DNA of 64,000 nucleotides from assembly GCA_964035545.1 (NCBI GenBank), contig OZ037768.1:13649675-13713674 (forward strand). Direction: 5' to 3'. Under the pieces are notes generated by a model. That model did not search any database. It was given only the letters and a program-made list of their open reading frames with translations, and was not told where the DNA came from. Every line of letters begins with the position of its first letter. Positions within the stretch are counted from its first letter, which is position 1. This stretch comes from Bugula neritina. Its lineage: Eukaryota; Animalia; Bryozoa. The position numbers and the translations under genes are program-made. Positions 12,781 through 41,000 of the stretch are shown piece by piece.

Positions 12781-15465
12781 ATGAATTGCATAAAACAAAA
12801 AGCTAGTAACTTCCTGCCTTGTGTCAATTTTGTCTCTAGCATTTTGAGGTAATAAACTTGAAGTTAAAGTTAACTAAAACTTAGTTAATAGTAAATGTAA
12901 TACTTATACTAATAATACTTACTTATAGTTATACTAATAGTAATAGTAATACAAAGTGAGAGTACAGGCATAGTTATTAACCTTACTATTGCTGTATTAG
13001 TATTAGTATTGCTAAACTAGTAATAATGTTTTAATAACTAATAGATTATTATAGATTAGTAATAGTTAGTAATACTAAGTCTAATACTTATACTAATACT
13101 AATAGTAATAGTAATCATACTGATGATCACACCGAATAGTAAAACTAAATTCGAAATACTAAAAGTAATACTAATAGTAATAGTAACACCAAGTCTAATA
13201 GTAATACTAAGTCTAATAGTAATAGTAATACTAGTACAGTATGAGCATAATCTCAGCACACACACTTGAAAGTTGTACTTCAACTTTTGCTACTACTACT
13301 ACGAGTACTAGATTTGTAGTGGTAGTCATATTTGAATTTGTACTTATAGTCTTGCACCTATGCAGGCTAGCTTATTTGTTTCTATATTAAAATGACAATA
13401 TGAATGTTTTTTCTGCCTGCAATCATTTTTAGTGAATGTCAGAGTTGGTTGTTGTGAAGGTTACACTTCATACTTTATTACTTGTTCTTATCTCCACCTT
13501 GAAAACTGTAAAAATTAAATTCCATGAACTCCACCGGCATTTATTTACACTTACAGTTATCAAATCATTGTTTGTTATAGCAAATTTATATTCCTTGGAA
13601 TGGAAGTTAAACATGCTGAGTTTCAAAAACCACTAAATTTTTAAATGAAATAGAAAGTGATGTTGAGGGTCAAAGCTCGAAGCCCAGCAGTCACTCACAG
13701 TGACTGTCAACTGGAAAATATATTTACTTTGATATGCAGTTTTCATGCTTATTTCTTTGGCTTAGAATTTAACGGTTAATAGTTAGTAGTACTATTAGCA
13801 TATTTTATTTTGTGCTCGCAGGCAGTTACTTATACATTTATGTCTTTAATCTGGTGTATTTTTATAGATCAGAGCTGCATGTCAGTGCTGTCTGTAATTG
13901 GAAATGGAAGCGCTCACCTAATAAAGCTCATGAACTACCAGAGCCTATTAAAACATCACTGGGCCGCCTTGTTTCTAGAGGCATGGTGCCAAAAGATCTT
14001 CCTACTGGCTACACAGCCAAACCTATAAAGGTAGTGAAAACTGGTGGTAGGGGTGTTACAGGTATGTTGATTATCAATTATTGCTCCAGCTTCATAATTA
14101 TCTAGCTTTGAAATTACATCTTGTTTTTTCCTGTTAAAAGCGAGATATTTTCTCAAGATATGTATTGATAATTTCTAGGCCGAATCGAAATTAGAAGAAT
14201 TGGTGGTGGGAAGCCTGTAGTATGGCACATGGCAGATCTGGTGAGGATATCATCTCAAGAAGCTGATCCAAAAATAGAAGTTGTTAAAGACATCATAAGT
14301 GAACAAACTAGGTATGAATAAAATATATCTGTTATAACTGTCGTGTTTTTCTACTACAAGTTTGTCACTTGACCAAAAAAAATTTTTAGGCTTAATGTAT
14401 TTGTATGTTGAATTTAGATCGGCGTACTTGGCCCTTGTAGTTGGTGGAGAACACAAGAGGTGGATATTAGCTACTGCCAATATGAAGGTCGGAGATATTA
14501 TTCAGAGTACCAGAGAAATACCTGCAGTGCCAAGTTAGTCTCAACATAATTTTACTTTTGGCAGTGCTTTTTTCTAGAAATCATGTCTTTATTTTTCAGT
14601 TGGTGAGTAATACTGAAAAGTACATTTTCAAATTCATCAGTTTCAGGTCAACCAGGAGATAGTCATCCGGTTGGAGCATTGGCTATAGGAACTCAGGTAC
14701 TGTCATAATTATTTGAATAAATGCCGAGACATTCTTTAAACATGATTTTAAAATGTGATATTTGTAATAAGTTGTAGTTATAGAATTAGTGTTTACCCGT
14801 CATTATTTCTTATTATTACTCTGAGCAGTAGGTATGATGATTTTTAGGTATGCGCTGTTGAGAGGTTTCCTTATGGTGGTAGCAAAGTTGCAAACTCAGC
14901 TGGAAGTAGCACAATAATTAAGAAGAAAGTTGGAGATAAAGTGTACTTGCAAATGCCTTCGAAACGCGAAATGGTTGTGGATGAGAATTGCTTATGCGTA
15001 GTTGGAAGAATTTCAAATATTAACAAGTAAGCAAAGATATTTGTGTGTGCATTGATATGCACTTTACCTAAATATACCCATCAACTATGTTGCTATTAGA
15101 CATCGCTTCATGGTTTGTTTCATGTGATGCATATCAGTGTGGCGAAAATGGAGTTGACTGTTCAAGTATTAGATCTTCAACTAAATTATTTCTTATATAA
15201 TTCTCTAACCATGCAATATAAATATAGCTAACTTTTCTTTAGAAATAAGATAGTGCTGGGTAAAGCAGGCGCTTCTAGATGGTTGGGCATTCGACCGAAA
15301 AGCGGGTTGTGGATGAGAAAAACAGGCTTGCACGGCCGTAAAATTAAGCCTCTGAAAAAGCCTAGGCTTTACGAGGAACCCAAAGAAGAAGAAGTAGAAT
15401 ACAAAACATTCACAGTTGATCCATGTTTATTTAATAGAAAACGCAGAGGTTTATCATATTTTTGA
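12781..15465 (+). CDS. MRPL2: Mitochondrial ribosomal protein uL2m; about 7 exons (12781-12848, 13868-14061, 14179-14311, 14418-~14532, ~14647-14696, ~14848-15026, 15243-15465)
   Basis: [42 protein letters not shown] and [18 protein letters not shown] match animal MRPL2. First exon [23 protein letters not shown] joins exon 2 in phase 2. Confidence 0.92.
12870..13330. repeat. (ANT)n AGT/ACT-rich island at the start of MRPL2 intron 1
   Basis: e.g. AGTAATACTAAGTCTAATAGTAATAGTAATACTAGT; begins about 20 bp after the exon-1 donor. Confidence 0.85.
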
Positions 15466-15578
15466 ACAAACATCTATTCAATGTTTTATGTATATGTTAA
15501 AAATTTAAAAAAATAAAATTTGTCAATAAATTTACTATACACCGATCCTATTTACAAAGTTCCACAGAAGCTAGCTTG

Positions 15579-30094
<14,516 letters not shown>

Positions 30095-30989
30095 CTCACT
30101 GAAAACAAAACAAACTTTTATGCTGAATCTTTTCAATACTATTAATAAAAGAGCACTGAAGACCAAATTAGCTAGTTAGTTTTTGCAAAACATAATGGGG
30201 CCTTAACCGCAGATATGCGAATAATTTAACTACGGTTGATCCCACAATAAAATAATGTAGCTCACCAGCACATCTCATAAATATAAACTAGATACAATCG
30301 AGATGGTGAACAGATATATGATAACAGGAAAAATGTACACACAAAACTTTTTAAAAATACTTTGTTCATCACATTCAGCACTAACCTATTACTTTTTTTG
30401 ATTAACTATATCTATGACTATAGTCATGTAGTTATATAATACTGATACTCGTACCTCAACATGGTCATGAACAAGTTCAACATAATTCAAGGACGCTAAT
30501 CACAATTGCTCTTATAATAATGATCAACATCATCATTATGATGACTTGACGATGATCAGGTTTTTGTTGAACATTATTTACTAACAGTAGTAGTAGTGGC
30601 TGTTATAGGTTAAAATCGAATTACTATTTAAGCTTAGTTGCTATGATGAAGTCACTTTGTAAAAATTAAAAACGCTTCTGGTAACACCTACAAGCACAAA
30701 ATTGTTGCTTGTTGCTTTAGTTTGGGTTTATCATAAGTCTGAATAAATATATTCTCACATATAGCTAAGTTGAGTTTTAAGTTTTAATTGTAATGTATAG
30801 AATTTTGGCGCATAGCTGAGTTTGTGTTATGAGGTAGCATCTTCAAATCTCTAATGCTTCAAATTAGAAAACTGCTGTGAAAAGACTTCGGAGATGCAGA
30901 AATAGATGTTGGTTCCCCTCTTTTAGTAGATTGAGAGTTGATTAACCGATTTAAATTTAGTAGTTCATCATCAGCAGATGACAGTGTTT

Positions 30990-32250
30990 TATGGCGCTTT
31001 TCATCCGAGCATATTTTCATTAAAAAAGTCAATGTGATTTCTTCGCCAGCTTACAAGTGCTTTAAGCTGTAGTTCAGTGCGAGCATCACTAATGCCACAT
31101 CTCCTTTTAAGATTAGCAATAAACTTGATAGCTTGGTTTTGGACATGTTCAACTTCATCACAGGTGCTTTTGTTAGTTGAATCTCACAATGGGTCTGCAT
31201 ATTCAAGAATAGGCCTAATAGACTTCAGTTTTGTTTTTGTTTTGTTTTTATATCGTTGTCGATTGTATGTTTAATACAGCCAAGTACTTTGCTCACATTG
31301 TTGACTTTGGGTGTAATGTGTCTGTCAAATTTGAGTTTGTACTGCATGATTTCATTGGGGTATTTGACATATTTAACTGTCTTGAAAGAAGTGTATATAG
31401 TTGTAATAGGTGATTAGTTTTTTTCAAATATCATAACTTTGTTTTTATCAGTGGCAAGTGTCATTTTCCATTTAAGTGACCATCTATAAAGTGAGTTTAG
31501 GTCTCTCTAAAAGGCTTGCTTTTGTATTCCGTTGTCAACTTCAGCATATAGAGGTGTGTCGTTGGCATATAGACTGACTTTGCATGTAACAATTTGGGGA
31601 TATATTTGATGTAGTTACGAAAAAATGTTCGCTTAAGGACCAACTCTTGAGGGACTCCAGATGTTACACCTAGCTAAGACGACTCTGTCCCTTTGATCAC
31701 GGCTTTTTGGCTTCTGTTAGTCAGGAAGCTCTGCACCAATTTCTAAATTTGCTTGACTTTCGCCATGAGTAGTAAGTGAGGAAGTTTATCTGAGGCCTTC
31801 TTGAGGTATAAGATTACTGCATGAGTAGTTGATGAGTTGTTGGCTACTCCTGCAAGGTAATGAAAAGTTGGTCACAACTGGGTGTGACAGGAAAGGTCAC
31901 GTCTAAAGCCATGTTGTCTATTAAATCTTGTGGTTTATTTAGTTGGTGCAGTACAATATGCTCTAGAATTTTACAGGAGATACTCCTCAATGAAATAACG
32001 CCATTGTTGTTTTTTCACCTTTCTTGTATATAGAAGTGAAGCTGACAGTCTTCCATGCACCTGGGAGTACGCCTTGCTTTAAGAAAGCGGAGAAAATATG
32101 CTGAAGACATTCTATGTTGATATGAGGGCTTTTTAGTGATTGATTGGCAAGTGCGGATATGGCTTGGGCTGGTGATTTACTACTTTTAACGTTCTTAATA
32201 AGTTTTTCAACATCACCCAATGTGATGGGGGAAACGATTGTTTGTGCTGA
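30990..32250 (-). mobile_element. Decayed non-LTR retrotransposon (CR1/Jockey-group-like) RT fragment
   Basis: Minus-strand remnants AWKT...IYKKG, QHGFR, VTSGVPQ, SLYANDT (YADD-like), RPILEYA; many stops and frameshifts. Confidence 0.8.
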
Positions 32251-32390
32251 AATAAGTGAGAGCTTCAATACACTTTCCTGATGGCAAAAATGCAAGTTAA
32301 CATATCGGGTAAGGTAACTAGTAGTAGTAGGAGTAGCAGTAGAAGTAGCAGTATTAGTAGCAGTAGTAGCAGGAACGGTATTGTACTATC

Positions 32391-32483
32391 GGTGGTGGTG
32401 GTGGCAGCGGCGGTGGTGGCAGCGGCGGTGGTGGCAGCGGCGGTGGTGGCAGCGGCGGTGGTGGCAGCGGCGGTGGTGGTGGT
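32391..32483. repeat. GC-rich minisatellite (GTGGTGGCAGCGGCG)x5 flanked by (GGT)n
   Basis: Five perfect 15-mers at 32398-32472, preceded by an (AGT/AGC)n tract at ~32318-32370. Confidence 0.95.
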
Positions 32484-32529
32484 ACTCTTTGAGTTTGACG
32501 TTGGAAAGGCCAAGAAAATCACTTGGTTC

Positions 32530-33770
32530 AGTCAAATATTAGTATACTAATACTATAACATTTTGATTAACTTTAAGTGATTAACATCACAATTAACTGT
32601 AGTCTATGAGATTACTGACAACCACATAACCCAAAATAAATATAATAAATAAATTATAATTAAACTTATTGTTATAATTACTGTTATACTCATTAAAACT
32701 GAAATAGTTATTTTATTTGTTGCATAATCATAATGAGAACATTGCTAATACTAATACTTATACTTATAGTTATACTTATAATAATTATAATAGTAATACT
32801 AATAGTATACTATTATTAATGGTAATGTAAAATATAAATATTATATAAATTATAAAATCATATAACTTTTAGTATTAATATTATAATAATATTATTAAAT
32901 TAATTATTGTAATTTTGTATTATTAAACTCTTAGTCTATATATATATACATCATACGCACTATATACAATACATGCAATTATAATAATATTAATAATAAT
33001 GCATTGTATTAAATTTAATATGGCATCGTGCAGTAAAACTAAATGTAGCAAGTATTAGTAATACTAATGCTCACTGAACTAGAAATATTTTCCAGTTCAT
33101 TGCTAATGCCAATGCTCATGATGACTTAAATTTGCAGAATTAGTCTGAGAAGCACATCAGTTGGCAGTGTTACCTCTTTTCAATCTTTCGCTACTTTCTT
33201 GTGGGCTCTTGTGTTAGCTCAGCTTATTCGACCTTGGCCTTTAAATGCAAACCACATCAGTTATAGTTAATCTTATACTTGGTAATACTGTTGCTCCAAA
33301 AGATTTGTTGCTGATAATATAGTTATATTTTTATTTAAAAGTCTAAACAGTGTGTAAGTTTATTCTGTATCGACATTTGTTGCTTATGCGTTATACAACT
33401 TATATAAGCATTTAGTATGTGATATTTCAATTTGACTCCATGATGATTGATGAATGATATTGATAACCATGATTGATTAGTATTACTATTAGTATTAGTA
33501 CTAGTAATACTAATATAAATATACTAATACTAATAGATATTATATTGGGCAGTAGACATAGTGATAGTGATACTAAGTCTAGTAAACATACTCATAGTGA
33601 TAGTCATAATGACAATAATTAGTAATACCGTAAAACTAAAAGTAATACTAATACTAATAGTAAAACTAAAATTAATACTAATAGTATTAGTGTTACTTAT
33701 TACTATAGTATTAGAATTAGTAGGCATAGCAGTAATACTAATTGTTTTCAAATGTTATAGTAATGGGTAG
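32530..33770. repeat. Two (ANT)n islands (~32530-33070 and ~33470-33770) flanking a more complex core
   Basis: e.g. ATTAGTATTACTATTAGTATTAGTACTAGTAATACTAAT; lies between the divergent SPG7 and CLIP1 starts. Confidence 0.8.
33072..33102. promoter_or_regulatory. Second copy of the GAACTGGAAAATATTTTCCAGTTC-type palindrome
   Basis: CACTGAACTAGAAATATTTTCCAGTTCATTG; closely matches 12469-12500. Confidence 0.5.
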
Positions 33771-34588
33771 TATGATTCACTTTACCATACAAAATAGCTT
33801 AGCTTTAGGCTCGATGGAAATCTTAGTTTTGCAGTGTGTGCTTTTACTTCTGCTCCTATATAAGCCTATGCATATCAATAAAAAAATTCTACAGATATTA
33901 GTCTGCTGCAATGCATTTTGTAGCTTATGTCAGTACTATTCTGTCTACAGCGGCAAGCAATCATTTATTGATGTTTGGGAGTTATCAGAATTCTACAGAG
34001 TTTGTAGATTTCCTCCACATCATTCACTTGCTCAAGTTTTAATGTAGGTTTCTTATCTTTTTAGTATTCAGTCTTCTTTTTGAGAGTTTCAGTTTTATGT
34101 GTATTTATGGTGTGTTAGTTTCTGTTTTTAATATTGATATAAAAGCTCACCAGTTGAATGCATTTTTATTTTTACCTCTTTCCATGTTTTTGTTGTTCTA
34201 GTAGTGTTTCTTAGTATTAGTCTTAAATATTAATAGTAGCTCAATTTTAAAAAAAATAAACAAACATTACTATGTGTACTGATACGATCGCTATGTAACA
34301 TTTTTTGTAGTATTTGTATACACCGTTATGATGTATAAATCATAATTTTAATCATAATCATCATAATAAGTCTCTATCAATCAATATTGCAATAATAAGC
34401 TCACCAGTTTTTCAAGTTTAAGATTACTTTAATTTGATGTTGCAAAAAGTATAAATATAATCTGCAGAAATTTTAATTTTTTATCTTTCTTGTAAGTACT
34501 GTTGTATTATAGCATCGTTACTATACAAGCTTTAAGAGAAAATGCTATAAAACCCTTTCAGTTAAATAGCTAACGTTTTCTTCTATAT

Positions 34589-37500
34589 GGGTCATTCCGT
34601 GTCAAATCTACCAAATTTCAGAAAGTCCTACGCCTTTGCGTCTCAGATTTTGTTCATATTTACACCAAATGGACTTACACATGTCCTGAGTACTATGCTT
34701 GAATATTTCAGGCCTGGCACAAAAACTTTTTGAGAAATGACTACTTTTATGAACAAATGTTGGGAAAAGTTTTGAGGAAAATTTGTGATTTCTACTTTTA
34801 GACCAATTTATAAATGTCCATATTTCAATCATTTTTCTAGACTGACCTTTAAAATTTGCTGTTTGATTTGATAACACCTATCAATTTGCACTAGCAGTAA
34901 CACATACTACAGAATACTTTGTGTGCATATATGCTAAGCCATTGAATATAAGCAAATTTTTGTAAATTTTTAAAAATTTTAAATATTCGCCACATCATAA
35001 AAGGCGATTATTTTTATTTTACTTCAAAGATTTTTTATCCATAAATAGTTGATTATGGTGACTTTATACAGCTCAATTTGTGTAATTTGGAAAATAATAT
35101 TTTCCAAGATATAGACACCCAAAGTTGAAAAAATGTGAAAATTCGTCCAACTTCACAAGGATGTAACCTGAGGTTTGAGTGCAATAAAATATTTCAAACA
35201 AGCAGTTTCTGTAAGGTTATTTAGTGTATTTTGTAGATACATAAGTTTAAACGTCCTTATATTGTCCAAACTTAATGTAAATCGCACGGAAAAATGGTAT
35301 GCATACAAAAATTGCCAAAATGTAATATAATATGTTGGGATCATACATTTTTTATTATTCATACTGTTCAAAATATCAAGTAGATACATATTTAATTCCG
35401 ATATATGTCAAATCTGCTAAAAGTCACAATAAAATCTGATTTGTGTGTAATATTATAAAAAATTTTGCCAATTGGCAATATTTAATATTCCCATTAGATT
35501 TCAAGTAGCAATTGTTATTTGTGTGAGTGAATGGTGGGAAACAGCTGAAGTCTTGCTGGAATAAAGTACATCAAGTAACTGAGGCAAGGGTGACTTCAAA
35601 AAACATGCCCAAATATAACACTATGGCCCTGAACACAATAGGCCTAATTGAGTCGATGAGAGTGGTGGTATTCAATACAGGCTGGAAACAATTGTGGCTT
35701 TAGAAACTGATCTGTCTAAATATAGCAGAATGGCCCTCACCTCATCCTAAGTTGGTCAGTACTGGTTAAAGAACCAAGTAATTGGCCCCATGCCATGTCT
35801 AATGTTCATTATCCTGAAAAAAATATTATAACTCTCTTTTTCATAACTGAAAACAATGGGCTTCCAACTTTAGTATCTGGTTCAGACAAAACTCCTTTTG
35901 CAGTCTTCTGGCTTGAGGTGCAACGTAATTGTTTACTCCAAATTTTATGGATGTCTTATCGATGGTCAACCTTTCTGGTGCCAATATCAATAACTGAACC
36001 TTTTGTCGCGAGGAAACTTTCACCTTCTTATTCAAGGAACATTTTAATGTGTTCAAATATTTACGATTACTAGGCTTTATACAGGCAATTGTTGCTTCTT
36101 GGTGGAGTTCCTCTTCCTCTATACTTGTGACTGTGGCGAACTTCTCAGTAATGACCTCCTCCACTTGATTCCGGGTTCTTTTCCCATAGTCCACTTTACT
36201 GGATGGGCTGATTTTTGGGGCTCTTCTGGTATTGATTTTACTCCTTAGAACTGTAGAAACTGAGAGAGACCGTGCATTAATTGCCTTAAAAAGCTGAGCT
36301 CTCAGTTACTCTCAGGAAACTGAAAGTGATGCATTTCTTTAAGTTGAGAAGGAAGCACAGACACTGAACACTGGAATGACAAGATTGGGAGCTTCTCCCT
36401 TGAAAGCTGCAAAAATCAGCCCATTCAGTGAAAGTTTCCTTGCGACAAAAGAAGGTATAGTTATTGACATTGGCACCAGAAAACTGGACCATCGATAGAA
36501 CAGCCACAGAATTTGGAGCAAACAATTACCTGGCACATTAAGCCAGAAAACTGCAAAGGCAATTCTGTTTGAACCAGATACTAAAGTTGGAAGACCATTC
36601 TCTCCACAGTTGAAAGAAAAAGTTGTAGATTTTTCCAGAATGATGAATATTATACTTAGCTTGGGGCCAATTACTGACCTCATTAGGGTGAGGTTAGGGC
36701 CATTCTGCTATATTTAGACACGGCCTGTTTCAAAAGCAACAATTGTTTTCAGCATGTATTAACCCCCCTCGTTGACCTAATTAGGCCTATTGTGTTCAGG
36801 GTCATGCTGTTATATTTGGGCATGTTTTTTAAAGCCACCCTTGCCTCAGTTACTTAATGTACTTGATTCCAGCAAGACTTCAGCTGTTTCACACCATTCA
36901 CTCACACCTACAATTGCTACCTGAAACCTAATGGGAATATCATATATTGCCAATCAGCAGAATTTTTTATAATATTACACACAAATCAGATTTTATTGTG
37001 ACTTTCAGTAGATTTGACATATATAGAAATTATATTGATATTTTGAGCAGTATGAATAATAAATGTATGATCCCAACATATTATATTGAAAAATTGCATT
37101 ATGGCGATTTTCGTACGCATACCATTTTTCCGTGCGATTTATGTTAAATTTGGACAATATAAGGAGGTTCAAACTTATGGATCTACAAAATACACTAAAT
37201 AACCATACAGAAACTGCTTGTTCGAAATATTTTTTTTGCATTCAAACACTGGGTTACATCCTTGTGAAGTTGGGCGAATTTTCACATTTTCTCAACTTTA
37301 GGTGTCTATATCTTGGAAAATATAATTTTCAAAATTACACAAGTTGGGGAGTATAAAGTCACTATAATCAACTATTTGTGAACAAAAATTTATGGAAGTA
37401 AAATAAAAATAAATGCCTTTTATGATGTGACGAATATTTTAAATTTTTCAGAATTTACAAAAATTTGCATATATTTATTGGCTTAGCATATATGCACACA

Positions 37501-37820
37501 AAGTATTCTGTAGTATGTGTTATTACTAGTGCAAATTGATAGGTGTTATCAAAACACAGCAAATTTTAAGGCTTAGTCTAGAAAAGTGATTGAGATATGG
37601 ACGTTTATAAATTGGTCTAAAAGTAGAAATCACAAATTTTCTTCAAAATTTTTTTTAAACTTTGTTCACAAAAGTAGTTATTTCTCAAAAACTTTTTGTG
37701 CTAGGCCAGAAATATTCAAGAATAGTACTCAGGACATGTGTAGGTCCATTTGGTGTAAATATGAACAAAATCTGAGACGCAAAGGCGTGGGCCATTTGTT
37801 GAGTTGACATGGAATAACCC
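34589..37820. mobile_element. 3.2-kb palindromic (foldback) DNA transposon derivative, Sola2-like
   Basis: Termini GGGTCATTCCGTGTCAA and TTGACATGGAATAACCC, ATAT on both flanks, ~1.4-kb inverted arms, and transposase-like remnants (QKVQLLILAP, EPDTKVG) in both arms. The structure is clear; the Sola2 call is from memory (GRG..CYC ends, 4-bp TSD). Confidence 0.85.
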
Positions 37821-38081
37821 ATATACTGATTTCACTCTCTGTACTACTCAACTACCTAACATGTCCTTTGCACAATAAAGCTTATTTATCATAATCCAAT
37901 AAGCACCTTAGCATAATACGAATCAAAAGAGTAACATTAGTTTTTAGCTTAGTCATACTTATTCCTAATTTTATAATTTGAAAATATTCAAGTGTCATTG
38001 TAAACACCTGCACAATTTGCTGTTGTAGAAATTAATGGTGTAGAATATATGTTGGATTTTACTCAACAGTAACTCTGCGTT

Positions 38082-41000
38082 ATGGCTAGCAAAGATTCTA
38101 AGCCAACTGGACTCAAACTTCCATCTAAAATTGGAAGAACCTCGGGCATTGCTAAACCTTCCAAGGCGTCTTCTGTGTCCAGCAGCAGAGCTCATAGTTA
38201 GTTGCAAATTGAAGCTCCTAATTTCATGATGTTGTTATTTGGACTGTTATTATTTACTAAATTCAGATTGTGGTAAGGAGTATAACAATGTATACAATTT
38301 TTTTCTGCCATTTTTTTCTGTCATTAGATATTGTTTGTCCTTATGTTTTAGGTCCTGAAGGAGGCAAGCAGAGCGATGATTTCATCATAGGTGACCGTGT
38401 TTATGTTGGCGGAACAAAGCCAGGTGTAATTGCTTATTTAGGAGTAACAAAGTTTGCAACTGGTGACTGGGCAGGGGTTATATTAGATGAACTTGAAGGG
38501 AAGAATGATGGCTCAGTTCAAGGAGTGCGATATTTTCAGTGTGAACCAAAGAGAGGAGTGTTTGCCAAACCATCCAAACTTACATCCTACAAAGTCAACA
38601 GGTTTGCATTTCTATTCTAAACAAACTGAGCTACACAAACTATTCTTTCATCAGCCCAGTTGTTCAATTAGTCACATTATTTTAATCGTTTTCACAGTGA
38701 GTATCTATAAATTTTCTGATATTGAATTATATGAAAAGTTTAGCAACTAAAGTGAAAATGATAAATATAAATATTTTAGACAAATTTGTTGAGGCACATG
38801 CTCAGCTATCAAAATTTATGTCTTTTAGTGCTGGCATGGCTCCACCAAAAGGTGCCCCGTCAATTCAGAGTACTCCAAAGACATCTAAAGTAGAATCACG
38901 TCGTGAGTCAATAGCTCCACCCCCTAATAAATCTAGTCTTCCTAAGAAAAATGGATCCATATCAGCTTCTAACACATCGCTGAGCAGCGCAGCTATGGTA
39001 ATTCATTGTTCTCTATAATTAAAGTTTGAGTGGGTTTACCTATGTTTAGGTTTGACCCAAGAACTTTAGCTCGTGATTTTGTTTTTGCAATATTTTGTTT
39101 GCAATGCAGGCCACAGTTGGTGCTAAGCATATCAAAGTTGGAGAGAGGGTTGTAGTTAACGGCTCAAAGGTTGGTACTCTCAGATTTTTGGGAACCACAG
39201 ACTTTGCTGCTGGTGAATGGGCGGGAGTGGAACTCGTTGACGCCATTGGTAAAAATGATGGGTCAGTGGGAGGCAAAAGGTAAAATTTTCTGATTAATAA
39301 GGCATCATATGATGCCAATAAAGTACTTGTGCATGTATGATTAGCTAATCATACATGTACTTGCAGGTTGTTGCAAAATTGTTGTGGTTTGCCATGTATT
39401 AGCTTAAATACACAATGCTTTTGTTTATTTTAGAGTTGTTTTTAGCACATCTAAGGTCTTGAATTTAATATTTTAACTATTTTAATTATTATTTAGGTAT
39501 TTTGAATGCAAACCGTTATATGGGCTGTTTGCACCGGTGCACAAGGTAACCAGGGAGTCTGTTGCTCAGGCTATGTCTCCAACTATCAGCGGTAGAGCAA
39601 CACCTTCCCTAATGCAACAAAAACCATCTCACAGGCTATGCTCTACGCCTGCCATGGGCTCATCTTTAAATTCGCGAAGTAAAGATATGAGTGGCAGTCA
39701 AGACTCACTGAGCTCCATAGGCTCGGCTATAAGTACTGCCTCTAGAAGTCGGGTAAGGCTTGGCGTGACTTCATTAAGAGGCCCAAACTCCTCCAGCACA
39801 CAGGTATATCTCTGGCATGCAGTCCAAGCTGGGCAATTCTATTGCTAAAACCACCCTTCTCTATGCTCCAGGACATGATTTCTCTTGCTAACTGTGTCTC
39901 TGTATTAGCTGATAGACCTGTTCAACGCCTCAGTGTTGTAACCTGCATGCTCTACAAAAACTACTTCCTAAGTATCTTGAAGTTGGTTCCTTCTCTATAT
40001 CTCTGTAGCTCAGTAGCTCAGTAGCTCCTGGCAGTCTGCCAATATTCGTTTGCTTATAGAAACATCTTAGACTGCATGCATGGTACCTGATATTTTATTA
40101 TACACTGTTTGTTGTTTTGTGCTTCTCTAAGATATATGTCATTAGCTTTCAAACTACTTAGTTGGAGGTTTTGTATAATTGTGGTATTCTGGTTTTTATA
40201 AAAAAACTTCATTTGGAAAGTTATGTTGTATTTTACTAGCTACATGTTATACTAATGGTATACTTTTGTTATTTTTTATTTAACACCCCTAAAACAAATG
40301 TTTAAATATGGGATTTTATTAATCATGTGGCTAATATTGGTTTTTATTTGGTGCTAATTAGTTGTTTTGTGTGAATCAAAAACCAATTGGTTTCACTGGT
40401 TTTAGGCAGCGGCCAACCGAGTTGCTCAGGCACGACAGGCATATAAATCTGTTAGTACTACTTCTACTAATACCACTGCAGCATTACAGGTATGCACAAA
40501 TGCTAAAATAGAAATTTGTGAGAGAAATTGCAGGTCGATGTAATCTTTTATATTGTTTTGACGTAATTATTCTTAGTAGATTTTTGCTTTAGTTGCCAGT
40601 CTGCTTTCCACATATATTTGATGTCCACTTATATGAAAGTAATATGTTTCTGTGCTCATAATACAAAGCTGTTTAATGTAATATAGTAAGGCAGATTAAT
40701 GTGGTTTTATTACACATTATTTTTTTTTTAAATATTTGCTACACAAATGTACAGAACTGACCATAATATTAAAAACTATAATACTTCATTGGAAATATTA
40801 GTTGAGCTGTGTTTGCCTTATTGACTATAGTTATATTACCTATCTTCGCAACCAGAATACCTCACTAGATGAGCTGAGCTTGTAATTCGATAAAAAATAT
40901 TTCATCACAAAATGTATAATATATAATAAAATCAATTTTCTTCAACATGCAGCTCTAGCTTTCTGTTTAGGTTGTAGAAAAGTATTTCAGCATATTTTAA

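Noticed and set aside
32265-32550. Ala/Thr- and Ala/Val-rich ORFs resembling mucin or antifreeze repeats
   Set aside because: Translations of the triplet tract and 15-bp minisatellite; no gene structure.
34608-37807. Near-identical ORFs at 34608-34877 (-) and 37586-37807 (+), and 35153-35389 vs ~36947-37356
   Set aside because: Mirror images within the transposon arms, not duplicated genes.
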